From Epiperipatus broadwayi (taxonomy: Eukaryota; Animalia; Onychophora): DNA of 64,000 nucleotides. Where the stretch lies: contig JAQFVV010000005.1 of NCBI GenBank assembly GCA_028023455.1, forward strand, positions 7,502,001 through 7,566,000. The letters are read 5' to 3'. The notes below the pieces were generated by a model. It searched no databases. It saw nothing but the letters and a program-made list of their open reading frames with translations, and was not told the origin of the DNA. A program made the translations under genes and the position numbers. Each line of letters opens with the position of its first letter. Position 1 is the stretch's first letter. Shown here in pieces: positions 1-12,725 of the stretch.

Positions 1-6
1 AATGTT

Positions 7-522
7 ATGGATGGAGCAGAGAAAGTAGACTATGAGACAGTATTGATAGGAGATTCACTAATTAGAGAATGTGGGGATATAATTGCAAGGGAAAATAGAA
101 GCAGGTATGTAAGAGTATGTTTGCCTGGAGCTAGAATTAGGGATGTGACAGATAAAGTAAAAAAGCAAGGTAGTAGAGATGTGTATGTTATGGTAGGGAC
201 TAATAATTTGTCAGAACCATCAGAGAGAGTAATGGATGAGTACGTAGAATTGATTAGGAATTTGAGTAAGATTAAAGGAAGAGTAGGGATAGTTGGATTA
301 TTACCAAGATTTGACAAGAGGTATTTGTTAGATAGGGCATGTTCTATAAATGAGAGATTGAAAAAATTGTGTGAGAGAAATGATGTTATGTTTGTGGATG
401 TGTGGGATTGGTTTATTGGAAAGAGGGAGTTATATAGTAAAGATGGATTGCACTTAGAAAAACAAGGAAGTGAAGTTTTAGGGAGTCTGATTTATAAAGA
501 ATATAATTTGGGAAACTTATAA
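7..522 (+). CDS. LINE ORF1 SGNH/GDSL esterase-like domain (may extend upstream of the window)
   Basis: Blocks LIGDS, LPGA, VGTNN and DGLHL match SGNH blocks I, II, III and V. The frame is open for 171 aa. Confidence 0.85.
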   Translation: MDGAEKVDYETVLIGDSLIRECGDIIARENRSRYVRVCLPGARIRDVTDKVKKQGSRDVYVMVGTNNLSEPSERVMDEYVELIRNLSKIKGRVGIVGLLPRFDKRYLLDRACSINERLKKLCERNDVMFVDVWDWFIGKRELYSKDGLHLEKQGSEVLGSLIYKEYNLGNL

Positions 523-623
523 AAGGGGGTGGGGTTTTAAATTGCAGTATTATCAAAAAGAAGAAGAATGGATGGGATGTAAGAAATAAGCAAAGGGTAG
601 TTGATTTAGATATAAGTGTAGAT

Positions 624-2337
624 GTGGAGAGGGAATGGGTCTGTAAAATTAATGGTAAGCAAGTTATTTATAAACGTAATGGAGAAGAAAGAATCAAAAG
701 AATTTATAAAAGAGTAGTTAGGAAAGAAGAAATTGTTAAAATTGGGTATTTGAATATGCAAGGTGGTAGGAGACCAGAAAAGTGGCTGGAATTAAACAAA
801 GCAATTGAAAATGAAGAGCTTGAGGTATTAGCAGTAGTGGAAACAGTAGTGGAAACACATCTAAGAGAAGAAGAACCTATTCTGGAAGATTTGGTATGGC
901 AGGATATAAATAGAAAAGAGAAAGAAAAAAGGGGTGGTGGTATAGGTGTTATATCAAAAAAAATATTTAAATACTGTTAAATGTCAAGAACATTTGTGGT
1001 TTGAAATAAGGTTGGGAAGACAAGAATGGATGGTGGCTATAGTTTATATAGCTACTGGAGATAGTCAAATTATAATGGAGTGGAACAGTAGCATATATGA
1101 ATGCCTAGTTAAGGATATACAGAGTTTTAAAGAAAAGGGGAAGAGAATAATGGTTATAGGAGATATGAATGGGCACATTGAAGAAATTGATGATGTAGAT
1201 AATAAGAATGGACAGCTTTTGAAGAAATTTTGTCAGAGAGTGAATTTGAGCATTGGAAATTTATCAAATATTTATGAGGGACAATACACATGGTCTAGAA
1301 ATAATATATTCCACACAATAGATTATGTATTGGTAGAGAAAGAGGGAATGAATAAAGTACGGAAAATTAAGGTGTTTGATAATGAAGAGAGAGTATGTAA
1401 TAGTGATCATAACTTCTTTGTAATAGAAATGGTTAGTAATGTGATGGAGAATAGAAATAAAAGTAGAAACAATAGTGAAAGATGTGGATGGAGAGTGAAT
1501 GATAAGAATAAGTTGGAAGAGTATAAAATACAAGTTGAAGAAACCATGGAAGAGTTGGTTGGGGATGAGTATAAGGACTGGTGTGATGAAATAGAAAAAG
1601 TGGCAAATAGGGTTTTAGGTGAGAATATTCAGAAGAATAAAAGTAATAAAAAAATGAGAGTTAGTAAAAATGTGAAAGAGGGGGGGGGGAAGCATGCAGA
1701 GAATATAAATGTGCTATTAAGAACAAAGAAAGTGAAAAAGATATTAATGCTAAATGGGAAAAGTACTTAAAAAAGAAGTTGGCTAAAATAGATAATTATA
1801 GAGAGAGAATGAAATTGAATAGTAAATTGTTGGAGGATATTAATAAAAGTGGAAGAGATGGGAGTAAAAAATTTTGGAATTACATTAAAAGGAGAAATGT
1901 AGGGGAGAGAGAGATAGTATTACTCGATGATGAAGGAATAGAGTGTAGCTCTAGAGAAGAATTAGAGAGAATCTTAAATAGATATGTAATGGATATAGAA
2001 AAGATATTAGATGTGAAGGACAGAGTGATAGAAAACATGAAAGCATATAGTAATATAATGGAAATATTAGGTTTACAGAAAATGAACTGAATGAGGCAGG
2101 GAAGAAATTGAAAAGTGGAAAGGCAAGAGGTTTAGATGGATGGGCAGCAGAGATGGTAATGAATTTAGGGCATAGGGCAAAAGTAAAGCTATTATCATGT
2201 TTTAATAAGATGGCACAGAAAAGAGTGTTTCTGGGTAGTTGGAATAATACAAGAGTAAGATTACTATTTAAAGGAAAAGAATAAGGATCATAGAAAGTTA
2301 AACAATTATAGGCCGATAGTGATAACATCAGCAAAAC
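624..2337 (+). pseudogene. LINE ORF2 N-terminal part: APE endonuclease, linker and RT domains 0-1, frameshifted
   Basis: Motifs YLNMQG, AVVETHL, GGGIGV, VIGDMNGH, YTWSR, TIDYVLV and SDHN. Frameshifts at ~960, ~1770 and ~2090. In-frame 12-bp duplication cagtagtggaaa x2 at 832-855. Confidence 0.85.
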
Positions 2338-3185
2338 GTATGTTAATGGAAGATGAAGATGTAGAATAGAAATATCACTGTATAAAAAAATGAATGGGAA
2401 TAGTAATATAATGAATTGGAATTCTAATACACATAGAAAATATAAAATAAATAGTATTAGGTCAAAAATATGTAGAGCTATTAATTATTGTTCAAGTGAA
2501 GAGGAGTATAAAAAAGAAGTAGAATTAATAGTCAAGGAATTTAAAGAAAATGAATATCCAGAGAAAGTAATAGTGAAGAATATATAATTAACAGAAGAAA
2601 AATATAAAGAAGGTAATAAGGAAGTAGATAGGGATAAATATAGGAAGAATAATATAAGAGAGAAGGAGTATATAGGTGTTAAAACATATAATAATAATAT
2701 AGTTAAGAGTGTTAAGTTTATTATTAGAAAAATTAATAAAGGATATTATAATGTAATTAAATATAAGATAGTAAATAAAAGAAGAAAAAATTTAATGAAT
2801 AAATTAGATAATAAATATATTAAAGGTATAGGAAAATGTATAAATGAGGTATATCAGATAGATTGTAGATATTGTAGGAATGATAAGATAAGGACTACAT
2901 ATGTAGGGGAGACTAAGAATTCAATTTTTACAAGTTTAACTCAACATAGATGTGGCAAAAATTTACCAATTTATTTGCATACTATGGAAACAGGGACATA
3001 TATGGAAAAGATAGTATTAAAATGATAGGATATAGTAATAAAAGAAGAGATGCGGAAATAAAAGAAGCAATATTAATTAAGAGAATAAAGCCTAGTTTAA
3101 ATAGGAATGGGGGGCTAAGAACCTTGTGTTGGTAGGGTTATTAGTATTAAAAGATAAGTGTATGTATCTATATATGGGTATATAT
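2338..3185 (+). mobile_element. 5'-truncated Penelope-like element copy 1 (RT thumb + GIY-YIG endonuclease + start of 3' UTR)
   Basis: KINSIRSKICRAINYCSS..ENEYP thumb, then VYQIDCRYC..YVGET..LTQHR..IYLH..KEAILIK..PSLNRNGG. Colinear with 11086-11925 at roughly 90% identity by eye. Confidence 0.9.
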
Positions 3186-4699
3186 TGTAACCTTATTGTC
3201 GGGCAGCAAAATCTAATAAAGCCAAAATCCAATACACAGCCTGTAACCTCAGATAAAATGGAGACAGCTAATAATAATGTAGGTATTTTACCCGGGTGCC
3301 AAATTGCAACTGTAGCATCAAATATAGTATCCACCCGGATCATCATCGCTTAATAAATGGGAGGTCTGTGGAAGAAGCAAGTTATTAAAACTTTTCCAAA
3401 AGAAAAATATAATTTTAATAATATTTTTAAATTATAAATATGTTGAATTCTGAGTTTAAACTTAGTAATTACTACGCATATAAATTCCCGATATATTATT
3501 TAGAAATATAATCAAATTTCCTCCACAAACCCACATAGCCATATGATCTCCAGTGGCAACTACAATAATGTTCTTCTTTATGTTTCATGTATAACAAATA
3601 CGAATGGATCAGTAATCCATGCAGAGAACTCATAAAATTATACTAATAAAATGTAGTAAAATCTTATGACTTAACGAAGCCAGGGTAGAAAATTTTACTC
3701 TCCCCCTCCCTTACAAATAAATTAAATAACCCTTCGTTTTCCGCATTGATCACCCTTCACAGTTACAATTATTTAATCTTAAATACTAATGTCTAGGTCC
3801 CCCATCCCATTTTCCAAATTATATCTCTTTAAGCCTATACCACATGCACATACAGACGTGGAATAAACCAATTCCTAACTCAATCACTCTGTATTCTTTA
3901 ACACTCTAATAATGGTAATCTTATTCTTTAAACTCTTAGAAATTATGAATGCTCTTGTTCTCAGGGTCATGAGTTGTGGTGAAATGCAACACTCAATTAT
4001 TTTTCAGTTCATTGCCGACCTTTGGACGCTATCCCAGCTAATATAAATTGAATAGACATATTCTTATTTAAAGCTAATGCCTACTCTTTCTAACACTAAT
4101 AATAGGATTCATAATAATAAGGATAATAATATGATATTTTAACTACTTAATTAATAAAACAATTATTATAATAAATTTTGAATATAGTTTGATTAACTGG
4201 GAATGCATCCCAATATCAAGAGTTGAGAAGGGATTTTATGTCCACTCGTAATATTAGTCGGAATGCAATGAATTGAACAACTAAATATTAATTTTATAAT
4301 GAAACCATTCTCTTATCTGTTTGCCAAGTACTTATTAAAATTTTTAACATATATGCCATTAATTCAAATCTTCAAATCTTAACAAGTGAAAATGTATTAT
4401 TTTACTTTAGCAGTAAAACTTAATAGAGATATTTATGGTCAATCTTACTAGAAATATGAGTTATTGCTATTAATTCTTTTATGTTATACCTCGAGTATAA
4501 ATTTTGTCAATATTATGAAATTCTAATATTGTGACATTCTGATTTTGTGCGGCTCTGGACACCCAAAACATTAAGACACCAGACATATGTTTAAATTTTA
4601 AAACAACAAATATTTATTAAACAACTATATAAAAGAAAAGACTAGAATTCAATTCAACATTGTAGAGATCCCAAATTAAGTAAAACATGAGATACAACT

Positions 4700-4830
4700 A
4701 AAATTATTCTCAATGGGGATCTAAACTGGCTACAATGACAGACTGTATAAACTAAGTGGAACGAATACACAGCTTGTCCCAGTAATAACCTTTATTACAA
4801 ATAGTTTTGGGACTAATCACAATTCAAAAA
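4700..4830 (+). pseudogene. tiny APE endonuclease remnant nested in the 5.15-kb insertion
   Basis: KIILNGDLN motif followed by TQLV-like residues; heavily decayed. Confidence 0.35.
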
Positions 4831-5942
4831 TATAAGTAATTTATAGTTCTTTTGACCCGTAATCCATCATTTAATATTTATTTGCTTATATCTGAAGCGG
4901 TGCTTCAGTAACACTATGTAAAATACAACTATTGCTATTAATTAGCTTAAAGCCCATAAAAATTTAATGTAATATTTATTCAGTTTATTAAGATATTTAT
5001 ATTTTTAAGATACTAAAGTTATGTTATTTAAGAAACTCTTATCTTAAATGCAATAAAAATTATTTTAACTTCTACTTTTTAAGTATATACACATTTTACG
5101 AACTATTATTCCCATAACTTAGTATTCAAATTCTCTCTAATAATTATGTAATGTTTTAATAACTATATTAATGCATACATATGCATATCTATTGCTATAG
5201 CCCAACATGAGTTTATTATCCCTTTCTTACCAGTCCAGCGATGACTTGCTTCTGCATGAACCTGGTATGATGTGTACTGCTTGCCTGAATTCAAATTTAC
5301 GAACATGAATTTAGAATAAAGATCTGTTCTCACACAGCTAGAGCAAAGCTTAGCTACTCAAATACATCAATTAATATGATGTAATATTTAGTCCATAGAC
5401 AAGTAACCATTTTTCTCTAGTATGCAATGACCTAACAAGCAATGAACACAAAATTATCATACACTCCTGGGTAATGATAAAATTTTTGCTTTCATAAGAG
5501 AGAATAAGTTAATAATAATAATTTCTTGGTGCTAGCATAGACCTATGAATTTGTCTTCTTCCTGAGGCTAAAATATATGAGGAACTCTTCTCTGCACATA
5601 AATAAGAGGCATGCTAAGAACACAACAAACTACAACTATAAATATTTCTCTTACGAAGCAGAAAACAAGAATGGAGCTGGGATCAAGTCCTCGATCTCCT
5701 AAAAATACTTTCAGATAAAATTATTTAATCATGAGAGAGCTATGCTCCATCTCAACCCTTTGAGGCACTAAAACTACGCTCACCTCAACAAACAGAGGTC
5801 GTTTGCACTCTCACTTAGCATAAACAAAAGGGTATCATATTATTGATGCATGAACTGATTAGTCTATTACGACTAAGAATAAACTTTACTTAAAAATAAT
5901 TCTCTAGGCTAAGAAATAGGCATCATTTCATTTTAAATACGC

Positions 5943-6007
5943 ATTACGAAATATGAAAAATTAAATAAACATATAATAAATTACGAAATATGAAAAATTA
6001 AATAAAC
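5943..6007. repeat. direct repeat, 28-bp unit, period 37
   Basis: attacgaaatatgaaaaattaaataaac at 5943-5970 and 5980-6007. Confidence 0.9.
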
Positions 6008-8335
6008 CTGAAATTATTAATTTAAATTATTAGCATAACAATATTTTGTAAATCCTTTCGTACATCATACTCCCCTAGCATTTGTATTACAGAAAAAATA
6101 TACAGGCTCAAGCAATACCATAGTAAACCAAATTATTTGTAAACTTTAAGTTAGATTGAATATGGGATCAAAACTTTTTTAAACTCTTAACTAACATTTT
6201 AATACAAACATAATGTAATGCAATAATAAATGTAATAATAATAATAAAATATTACGCATTGTCTCTTGGTCCATTGGGGATGCTGGCAATTATTCTCCCG
6301 CGAAGTATAAACTGTCCAAGAAAAGACATATATCATTTTTAAAGGGAGAAAAATAAAATACATGCATGGCCATGGTAGAATATTATTGAAGCTGTCCAAA
6401 ATATTAATGTTTATTTGGTGCAACAGCGAAATTAAAACATTTAATATAGTAGCTACTTTAAGATCCGGATTTCCATAATATTATTCATAATATAGCACAG
6501 TAATTCACACATTTATTATATTACTTCCTTCCTACGGAATTTTCCGATACGAATCTAATTTTCATTATTTCAGTAATACGTTATCCTTTGGGTTTGATTT
6601 GCATTATTTCAAGATTACATTTATCCTAGACACTTATAATAATATTTTAAATTCATTTATATAAAGTTCATACACAATTTATTCCTTTGAAAATCTTTCA
6701 TAAGACCAGATGCTCATTATATCTACGTTAGTAATACTTTAAAGAAATTTTTATTTAGACTTCTTTGTTCATCACATTTATTAAAAAGAATTGTTTTGAC
6801 TAGAATTTTCAAACTCAATTTTACAACTATTCTCTCAGAGAATCATAATTACAGTAAGTACAAGTTATTCTTTTAACTATATGTCTTTAATCAAACGTGA
6901 AGTAAAGATAAGATTGACATTTATTATTATTATTAGTCTTTCAGCCTTTTATTCTTTTAATAATCCATTTATTCCAGTATTAAAATTAAATATTTGAAGT
7001 AGTATAAAATATTATGAAAGTTTGTAATAAAATTAAATATTCAAATATTAAAAATGACTTTTTCAAATAAGATTAAGATTAAGAAAAGTTTGTAGTGCAA
7101 TAATCCATCCAAATTTACTTATTAAATTATTCAATAAAAGACAAGTGACAATAAAAGTCTGTATCTGAAACATTCTTAGATATGTAGATCGAAGCTTCTG
7201 AATTGTATGTGTTGACTTTAACATGGTATATTGATTTCCTTGTAGATTGATAAAATTTTGGCACCAATTGACTTGATAGAGAAGACAAGTGTGCCTATGA
7301 ACCTTCTAGTGCTCCATTAGTATGATATACAATATATACTTTTTAAATAAAAACTAATAACTTTAGTCATACGATAGATTGAAACAGAATTTGTTGTGTG
7401 CTCACTTAGCACCAGATTTTTAGAGAAGACCCCTAGCTCAAATATGAGTTCAGTTTTATTGAACCTATCCATCAATCATTCTTCTTATCTGACTGTTTAC
7501 ACTTTGACTCCTAATATTAATTTTTAATTGGTTCATTCAATTTTTGTCTGGACATTATTTATTCACAAACCTCCCTTCCCAAGTGTGTGAGAGATTTTCC
7601 CCGCTTTGAACAACAAAAAATGTAAAAAGAAAATGGTGGAAAATTTTATATAAAAAAAATTATTTTAATAAAAATGAATAGACTAAATTTTGTTTAAAAA
7701 TTTATGAGTGAAAAGCATAATGGAATTTCTTTAATACCCAGATAAAATAACCCTCTCAAGAGACTATTATTGGATGGTGTATTTTATGATATATAAGACC
7801 ATCAGATTTTCTGTATAATTAAAATTATATACATCACACACAAGCATGCATGCATATATAATTACCAATTATTAGCACTGTACTTATTATTACTTTAATG
7901 AACATTAGACTGATTTTATAATCTTTTGAAATTTAAAGAGCTATCTTTCCATGTAACTAAATATTAATCGGTCGCTAGAATTAGCAAGTTAAAATTTTAA
8001 TTCTGATATCAACTTTCACTTTTAAAATATTGTTGATTCAATTTTATTTTTATTATGTTCTTAATTAACTTTTAAAGTTTTATATTGTGCAAGACAATCA
8101 CCCCCCCCCCTTTCCCTCTCTATACTTATACATTGTAATTTTGAAAAAGTATAAACATACTTTTATTTATGTTATATATTTGGTAGTTACAATGTTTTTA
8201 TTCCAAAAACAAAATACCAACTTTTATTTAACTTAAAATTTTGATAATAAAAAAATTTCTTAGATTATGTAAAAAATTAATGTTACACTGAATTTACCCC
8301 TGTTAGTTTCTCCATGACAGAAATTAATGGTTACA

Positions 8336-9300
8336 ATATATATGTGTGTATGGGAATATATAGAATATGAAAATAAAAATAAGTTTTGAAAATAATATTA
8401 GTTTTATAGGGTTATTATTATTAATAATAATAGAATAAGTATGATAAAAGTTATATGTGGATATAGGTAAGATTTGTAAATATTGTTAATAAATATAAAG
8501 GTTTGTAAGTTTTAATTTTTTAAATAGAATTATAAGTTTTATAAAACTAATAACAGGAGGAGTTGTTTTAAAGGAAGAAAAAGCTAGGAAATTTGAAAAA
8601 AATCTGTTATTTTTAAAGCAGAAGAGGTTTGATAAAGGTATGTATTATTGAAGAGAAAAATATAAATTAGAAATAATAAAAAGGTAATAGTCAAAAAATT
8701 AAAATTATAGATATTAAAGTAAAAGAGATATATATTAGATAATAATTAAACGAGAAAGATATTAAGAAACAGTGAAAGGGAAATTATAAAATAATATTAA
8801 TAAAGAAGTAATAAAAGGGTAATATTTAAAAGAATTTTTCAAAAAAATTAAAAGTAAAAATAAAATAGTTTTTAAAAGGTAATAATTTTAAAAAATTGTG
8901 TATTGGATATATTTTTGTATATTTTATATATATGTAATATATATGTAAGTTGTGTATATATATGGATGTGTTTTTATATATTGTATATGTAGATTTGTAT
9001 ATATGTCTATGGGTATATGTGTATCTGTGTGTATATATATGTTTAAGGAATATATGTGTATATATTTGGATATACATATGTATATATATAGATGTAGGTA
9101 TGGATTTTATATATGTCTATGAGTGGTGTGGATCTATATTTCAATATATGTATGTAGGGAATATATGTGAAGTGATGGTTATGTATTTATATTATTCAAA
9201 TGTTGTATGTAGCTCTGATGAAGTCTGCTGGACAGTCTAAACTGTAAGGAAAATAAAGTTTTTAAAGAAGATTGTTTGCATTGAAGTGTATATGAAAGAA
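8336..9300 (+). repeat. PLE 3' UTR / pseudo-LTR between the two tandem PLE copies
   Basis: 8336-9160 is a direct repeat of ~11920-12725. It continues into a hammerhead-like motif and AATAAA (9253) before the next ORF. Confidence 0.8.
9209..9250 (+). ncRNA. decayed hammerhead-ribozyme-like motif in the PLE pLTR
   Basis: CTGATGA (9215-9221), then a-GTCTG-ctgga-CAGTC (stem II with one mismatch), then TAAAC (GAAAC expected), then T-GTA. This is the position where PLE hammerheads typically sit. Confidence 0.5.
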
Positions 9301-9416
9301 GTTATTATAAGAAATATATATATGAAGGTATGCAAAGAAAGTAAAAGAGAAGAATAAGAGTATATACTTCTAATAAGAAGAGAATTACACAAAGGATTAG
9401 AAAGAAAGGACAATTT

Positions 9417-11856
9417 TTGGATTATGTAATATATAATATGGAAAATACAGCTAATATAAAAATATCTATGGAGTACATTAAAGAATTGGAAGGTTATGAA
9501 ACATCAAGGATATTAAATGACAGATGGAAATTAATATTAAAATTAAATAATGTGAATAATAATATTAAATTTATGAAAGATTGTGAAAGATATAATCTAA
9601 TACCAAATTTTATTAAGATGAGAAAATTAAGAAAAGGAATGAAGAATAAAGAAAACATTATAAATAATATAAAAAAGAAAATTTTAAAAGAATATATAAG
9701 AAATGGATACAAATTGAAGAAAAAGATATTTAATAGTATTGAAGGAATGGAGAGGATATTGATTAGAAGGATAAGTAGGAAAGAAGATTTATTTAGAAAA
9801 TTATATGCAAGGAAGAAAGACATTGTAAATGAAAATGCAAGGTTGAGACATAAAAGAAAAATGGAAAGTTTGATGAAAGAGAAAGAAGGAAATAATGAAG
9901 CATATATAAAGAGTAAAAATGAAATATGTAATTTAAGTGGCTTAAGATTAAAAGAAGAAGAGATGGAGATACTTAAAAAAAGGATTAAACATGTGCCGTA
10001 TGGGAAGTGTAATAATAAAGATGTATTAGAATTGCAAGTATTAATAGAAAAGTTGGCACAGAAATATACAGAAAGTAAAAAATAAGGACACTAGTAATAT
10101 AAGTATTAAGGATAAAGAATGGATGGAAATATTAAGAGGAAATTAATAATATGATATATAAAATGAAGAGATTAGAAGATAGAGGTAATGAAAAGAATAA
10201 AAATAGAGTAATTAGTAGGATAACAGTTGAAGAGGTGAAGGGTATAAAAAAGAAATATGAAGATAATATCAAATCAGATAAGGGTAATAAAATAGAATTA
10301 ATGAAGAAAGAAGAATATATAGAGAAATGGAAAAAATGTCAGAAGAATTTTTTGTAAAAATAAAGAAGGATAATACTGGAATGAAAAGTAAGAAAATGTA
10401 TGAGTTAATTAAAGGGCTATTTAATAATAAATTAATAGATAAGAGAACATTAGAAGAATTGGGAAATAAATATTGTGAAATGGCAAGAATATATGGAGCA
10501 CCAAAGATATACAAAGAAGAAATGCCGTTAAGATCAGTTATAAATGGAAGGGGTTCATATTTTGATAAGATTTCTAAATGGTTAGCACATAATATTTTTA
10601 AAAAATACATTTGATAAAAAAAACTGCTTTTATAAAAAATAATAAGTTAATTAAGAAAAAAGTTAATAATTATGATAAATATAGATTGACAATGATTAAG
10701 ATAGATATAGTGTCAATATGCATAAATTTGGATGTAGATAAAGTAATAGATTTAGCAATTAATAAATATATAGAAGATGAAGAAAAAGTAATAGAAATTC
10801 CAATAATTAAGTTAAAACAGATTCTGGAGTTATGATGTAAGGAGATAACATTTGAATTTAATGGAGATATTTTACTCATAAAAAAAGGGTTATTGATAGA
10901 AGGGGCATTGAGTGGAATATTAAGTAATATATATATATTGGAGGAAATACAAAAAAAGATGATAGATGAGATTGGACCAGTACTTTTTAATAGAAGTAAA
11001 AGACAGATAAGTAATTAGATAAAATTAATAAATTAGATAAAAATATTAAATTTACAGTGGAAAGAGAGAAAAATAATAAGTTATACATGTTAAAGGAAGA
11101 TGTAGAATAGAAACATCAGTATATTAAAAAATGAATGGGAATAATAATATGATGAATTGGAATTCTAATACAGATAGTAAATATAAAATAAATAGTATTG
11201 TTCAAGAATATGTAGGGCGATTAATTATTGTTCAAGTGAAGAGGAGTATAAAAAATAAATAGAATTAATAGTCAAGGAATTTTAAAAAAATGAATATCCA
11301 GAGAAAGTAATAGTGAAGAATATAATAACAAGAATATAAAGAAGGTAATAAGGAAGAAGAGAGTGATAAATATAGGAAGAATAGTATAAGAGAGGAGTAT
11401 ATAGGTGTTAAAATGTATAGTAATAATATAGTTAAGAGTGTTAATAAAATTATTCAAAAAATTAATAAAAGATATAATAATGTAATTAAATATAAGGTAA
11501 TAAATAAAAGAAAAAATTTAATGAATATATTAGATAATAAATATATTAAAGGTATAGGAAAATGTATAAATGGGGTATATCAAATAGATTATAGATATTG
11601 TAGGAATGATAAGATAAGGACTAAATTTGTAGGGGAGACAAATTTTATTTTTACAAGGTTAACTCAACATAGATATGACAAAAATTCACCAATTTATTTG
11701 CATACTATGGAATCAGGGCATGTTTTTTTTGGAAAAGATATTAAAATGATAGGATATACTAATAAAAGAGATAGGAAAATAAAAGAAGTAATATTAATTA
11801 AGAGGATAAAGCCTAGTTTAAATAGGGATGGGGGGCTAAGAACCTTGTGTTGGTAG
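9417..11856 (+). pseudogene. Penelope-like element ORF (N-terminal domain, RT, GIY-YIG), multiply frameshifted
   Basis: Motifs ICNLSGLRL, KSDKGNK, ARIYGAPKIYK..PLRSVI, DIVSICIN, GLLIEGALSGILSNIY, thumb, and GIY-YIG with C-x2-C..H..H, ending PSLNRDGG. The YxDD region is deleted or decayed. First ATG at 9438. Confidence 0.9.
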
Positions 11857-12725
11857 GGTTATTATTGGTTTTGTAGGGTTATTAGTACTAAAAGATGTGT
11901 ATGTATCTACATATGGGTATATATATGTGTGTATGAGAATATATAGAATATGAAAATAAAAATAAGTTTTGAAAATATTAGTTTTATAGGGTTAATAATA
12001 ATAATAGAATAAGTATGATAAAAGTTATAATATGTGGATATAGGTAAGATTTGTAAATATTGTTAATAAATATAAAGGTTTATTAAGTTTTAATTTTTTA
12101 AATAGAATTATAAGTTTTATAAAACTGATAACAGAGGGAGTTGTTTTAAAGGAAGATAAAGATAGGGAATTTGAAAAAATCTGTTATTTTTATAAAGGTA
12201 TGTAGTATTGAAGAGAAAAATATAAATTAGAAATAATAAAAAGGTAGTAGTTAAAAAATTAAAATTATAGATATTAAAGTAAAAGAGATATATATTAGAT
12301 AATAATTAAATAGAATAGATATAAGAAACAATAAAAGGAAAATTATAAAATAATATTAATAAAGAAGTAATAAAAGGGTAATATTTAAAATAATTTTTTT
12401 AAAAAATTAAAAGTAAAATGTTTTTAAAAGGTAATAATTTTAAAAAATTGTGTATTGGATATATTTTTGTATATTTTATGTATACGTAATTTATATATAA
12501 GTTGTGTATATATATGGATGTTTATTTATATACGTATATGTAGATTTGTATATATATATATATCTATGGTTGTATGTGTATCTGTGTGTATATATATGTA
12601 TGTTTAAGGGATATATGTGTATATATTTGGATATGCATATATATATATATATGGATGTAGGTATGGATTTTATATGTCTACGGGTGGTGTGGATGTATAT
12701 ATCTATAAGTATGTAGGGGATATCT
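11857..12725 (+). repeat. PLE 3' UTR / pseudo-LTR, second copy, truncated before the hammerhead-like motif
   Basis: Direct repeat of 3136-3185 + 8336-9160. Similarity stops at tatgtaggggatat (~12724). Confidence 0.8.

Larger units (their letters stand above)
1..2337 (+). mobile_element. 5' part of an esterase-ORF1 non-LTR retrotransposon (RTEX/L2-CR1-group-like; clade not resolved)
   Basis: SGNH ORF1, then an APE endonuclease, then the start of RT (GKARGLDGW.., YRPIVITS at ~2300-2325). Homology switches to PLE sequence at ~2338. Confidence 0.85.
3186..8335. mobile_element. 5.15-kb insertion with LTR-like TG...CA termini (TGTAACC / GGTTACA) and ATAT target duplication
   Basis: atat|tgtaacc at 3182-3192 and ggttaca|atat at 8329-8339. 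Removing it restores the PLE 3' UTR seen intact at 11905-11940. No paired LTRs or pol ORF were recognised. Confidence 0.7.

Noticed and set aside
30-2334. Minus-strand ORFs over the LINE, and similar shadows at 9494, 10269, 14522, 22589, 25725 and 26097
   Set aside because: Antisense shadows of real coding frames, favoured by strand-skewed composition.
3186-8335. Complete LTR retrotransposon
   Set aside because: No direct-repeat LTR pair, PBS or convincing gag/pol motifs. Purine tracts on the minus strand at ~3700 and ~8110 do not define matching LTRs.
8826-9240. Y/I/V/C-rich ORFs here and at 12504-12799
   Set aside because: These are translations of the TA/TG low-complexity PLE UTR.
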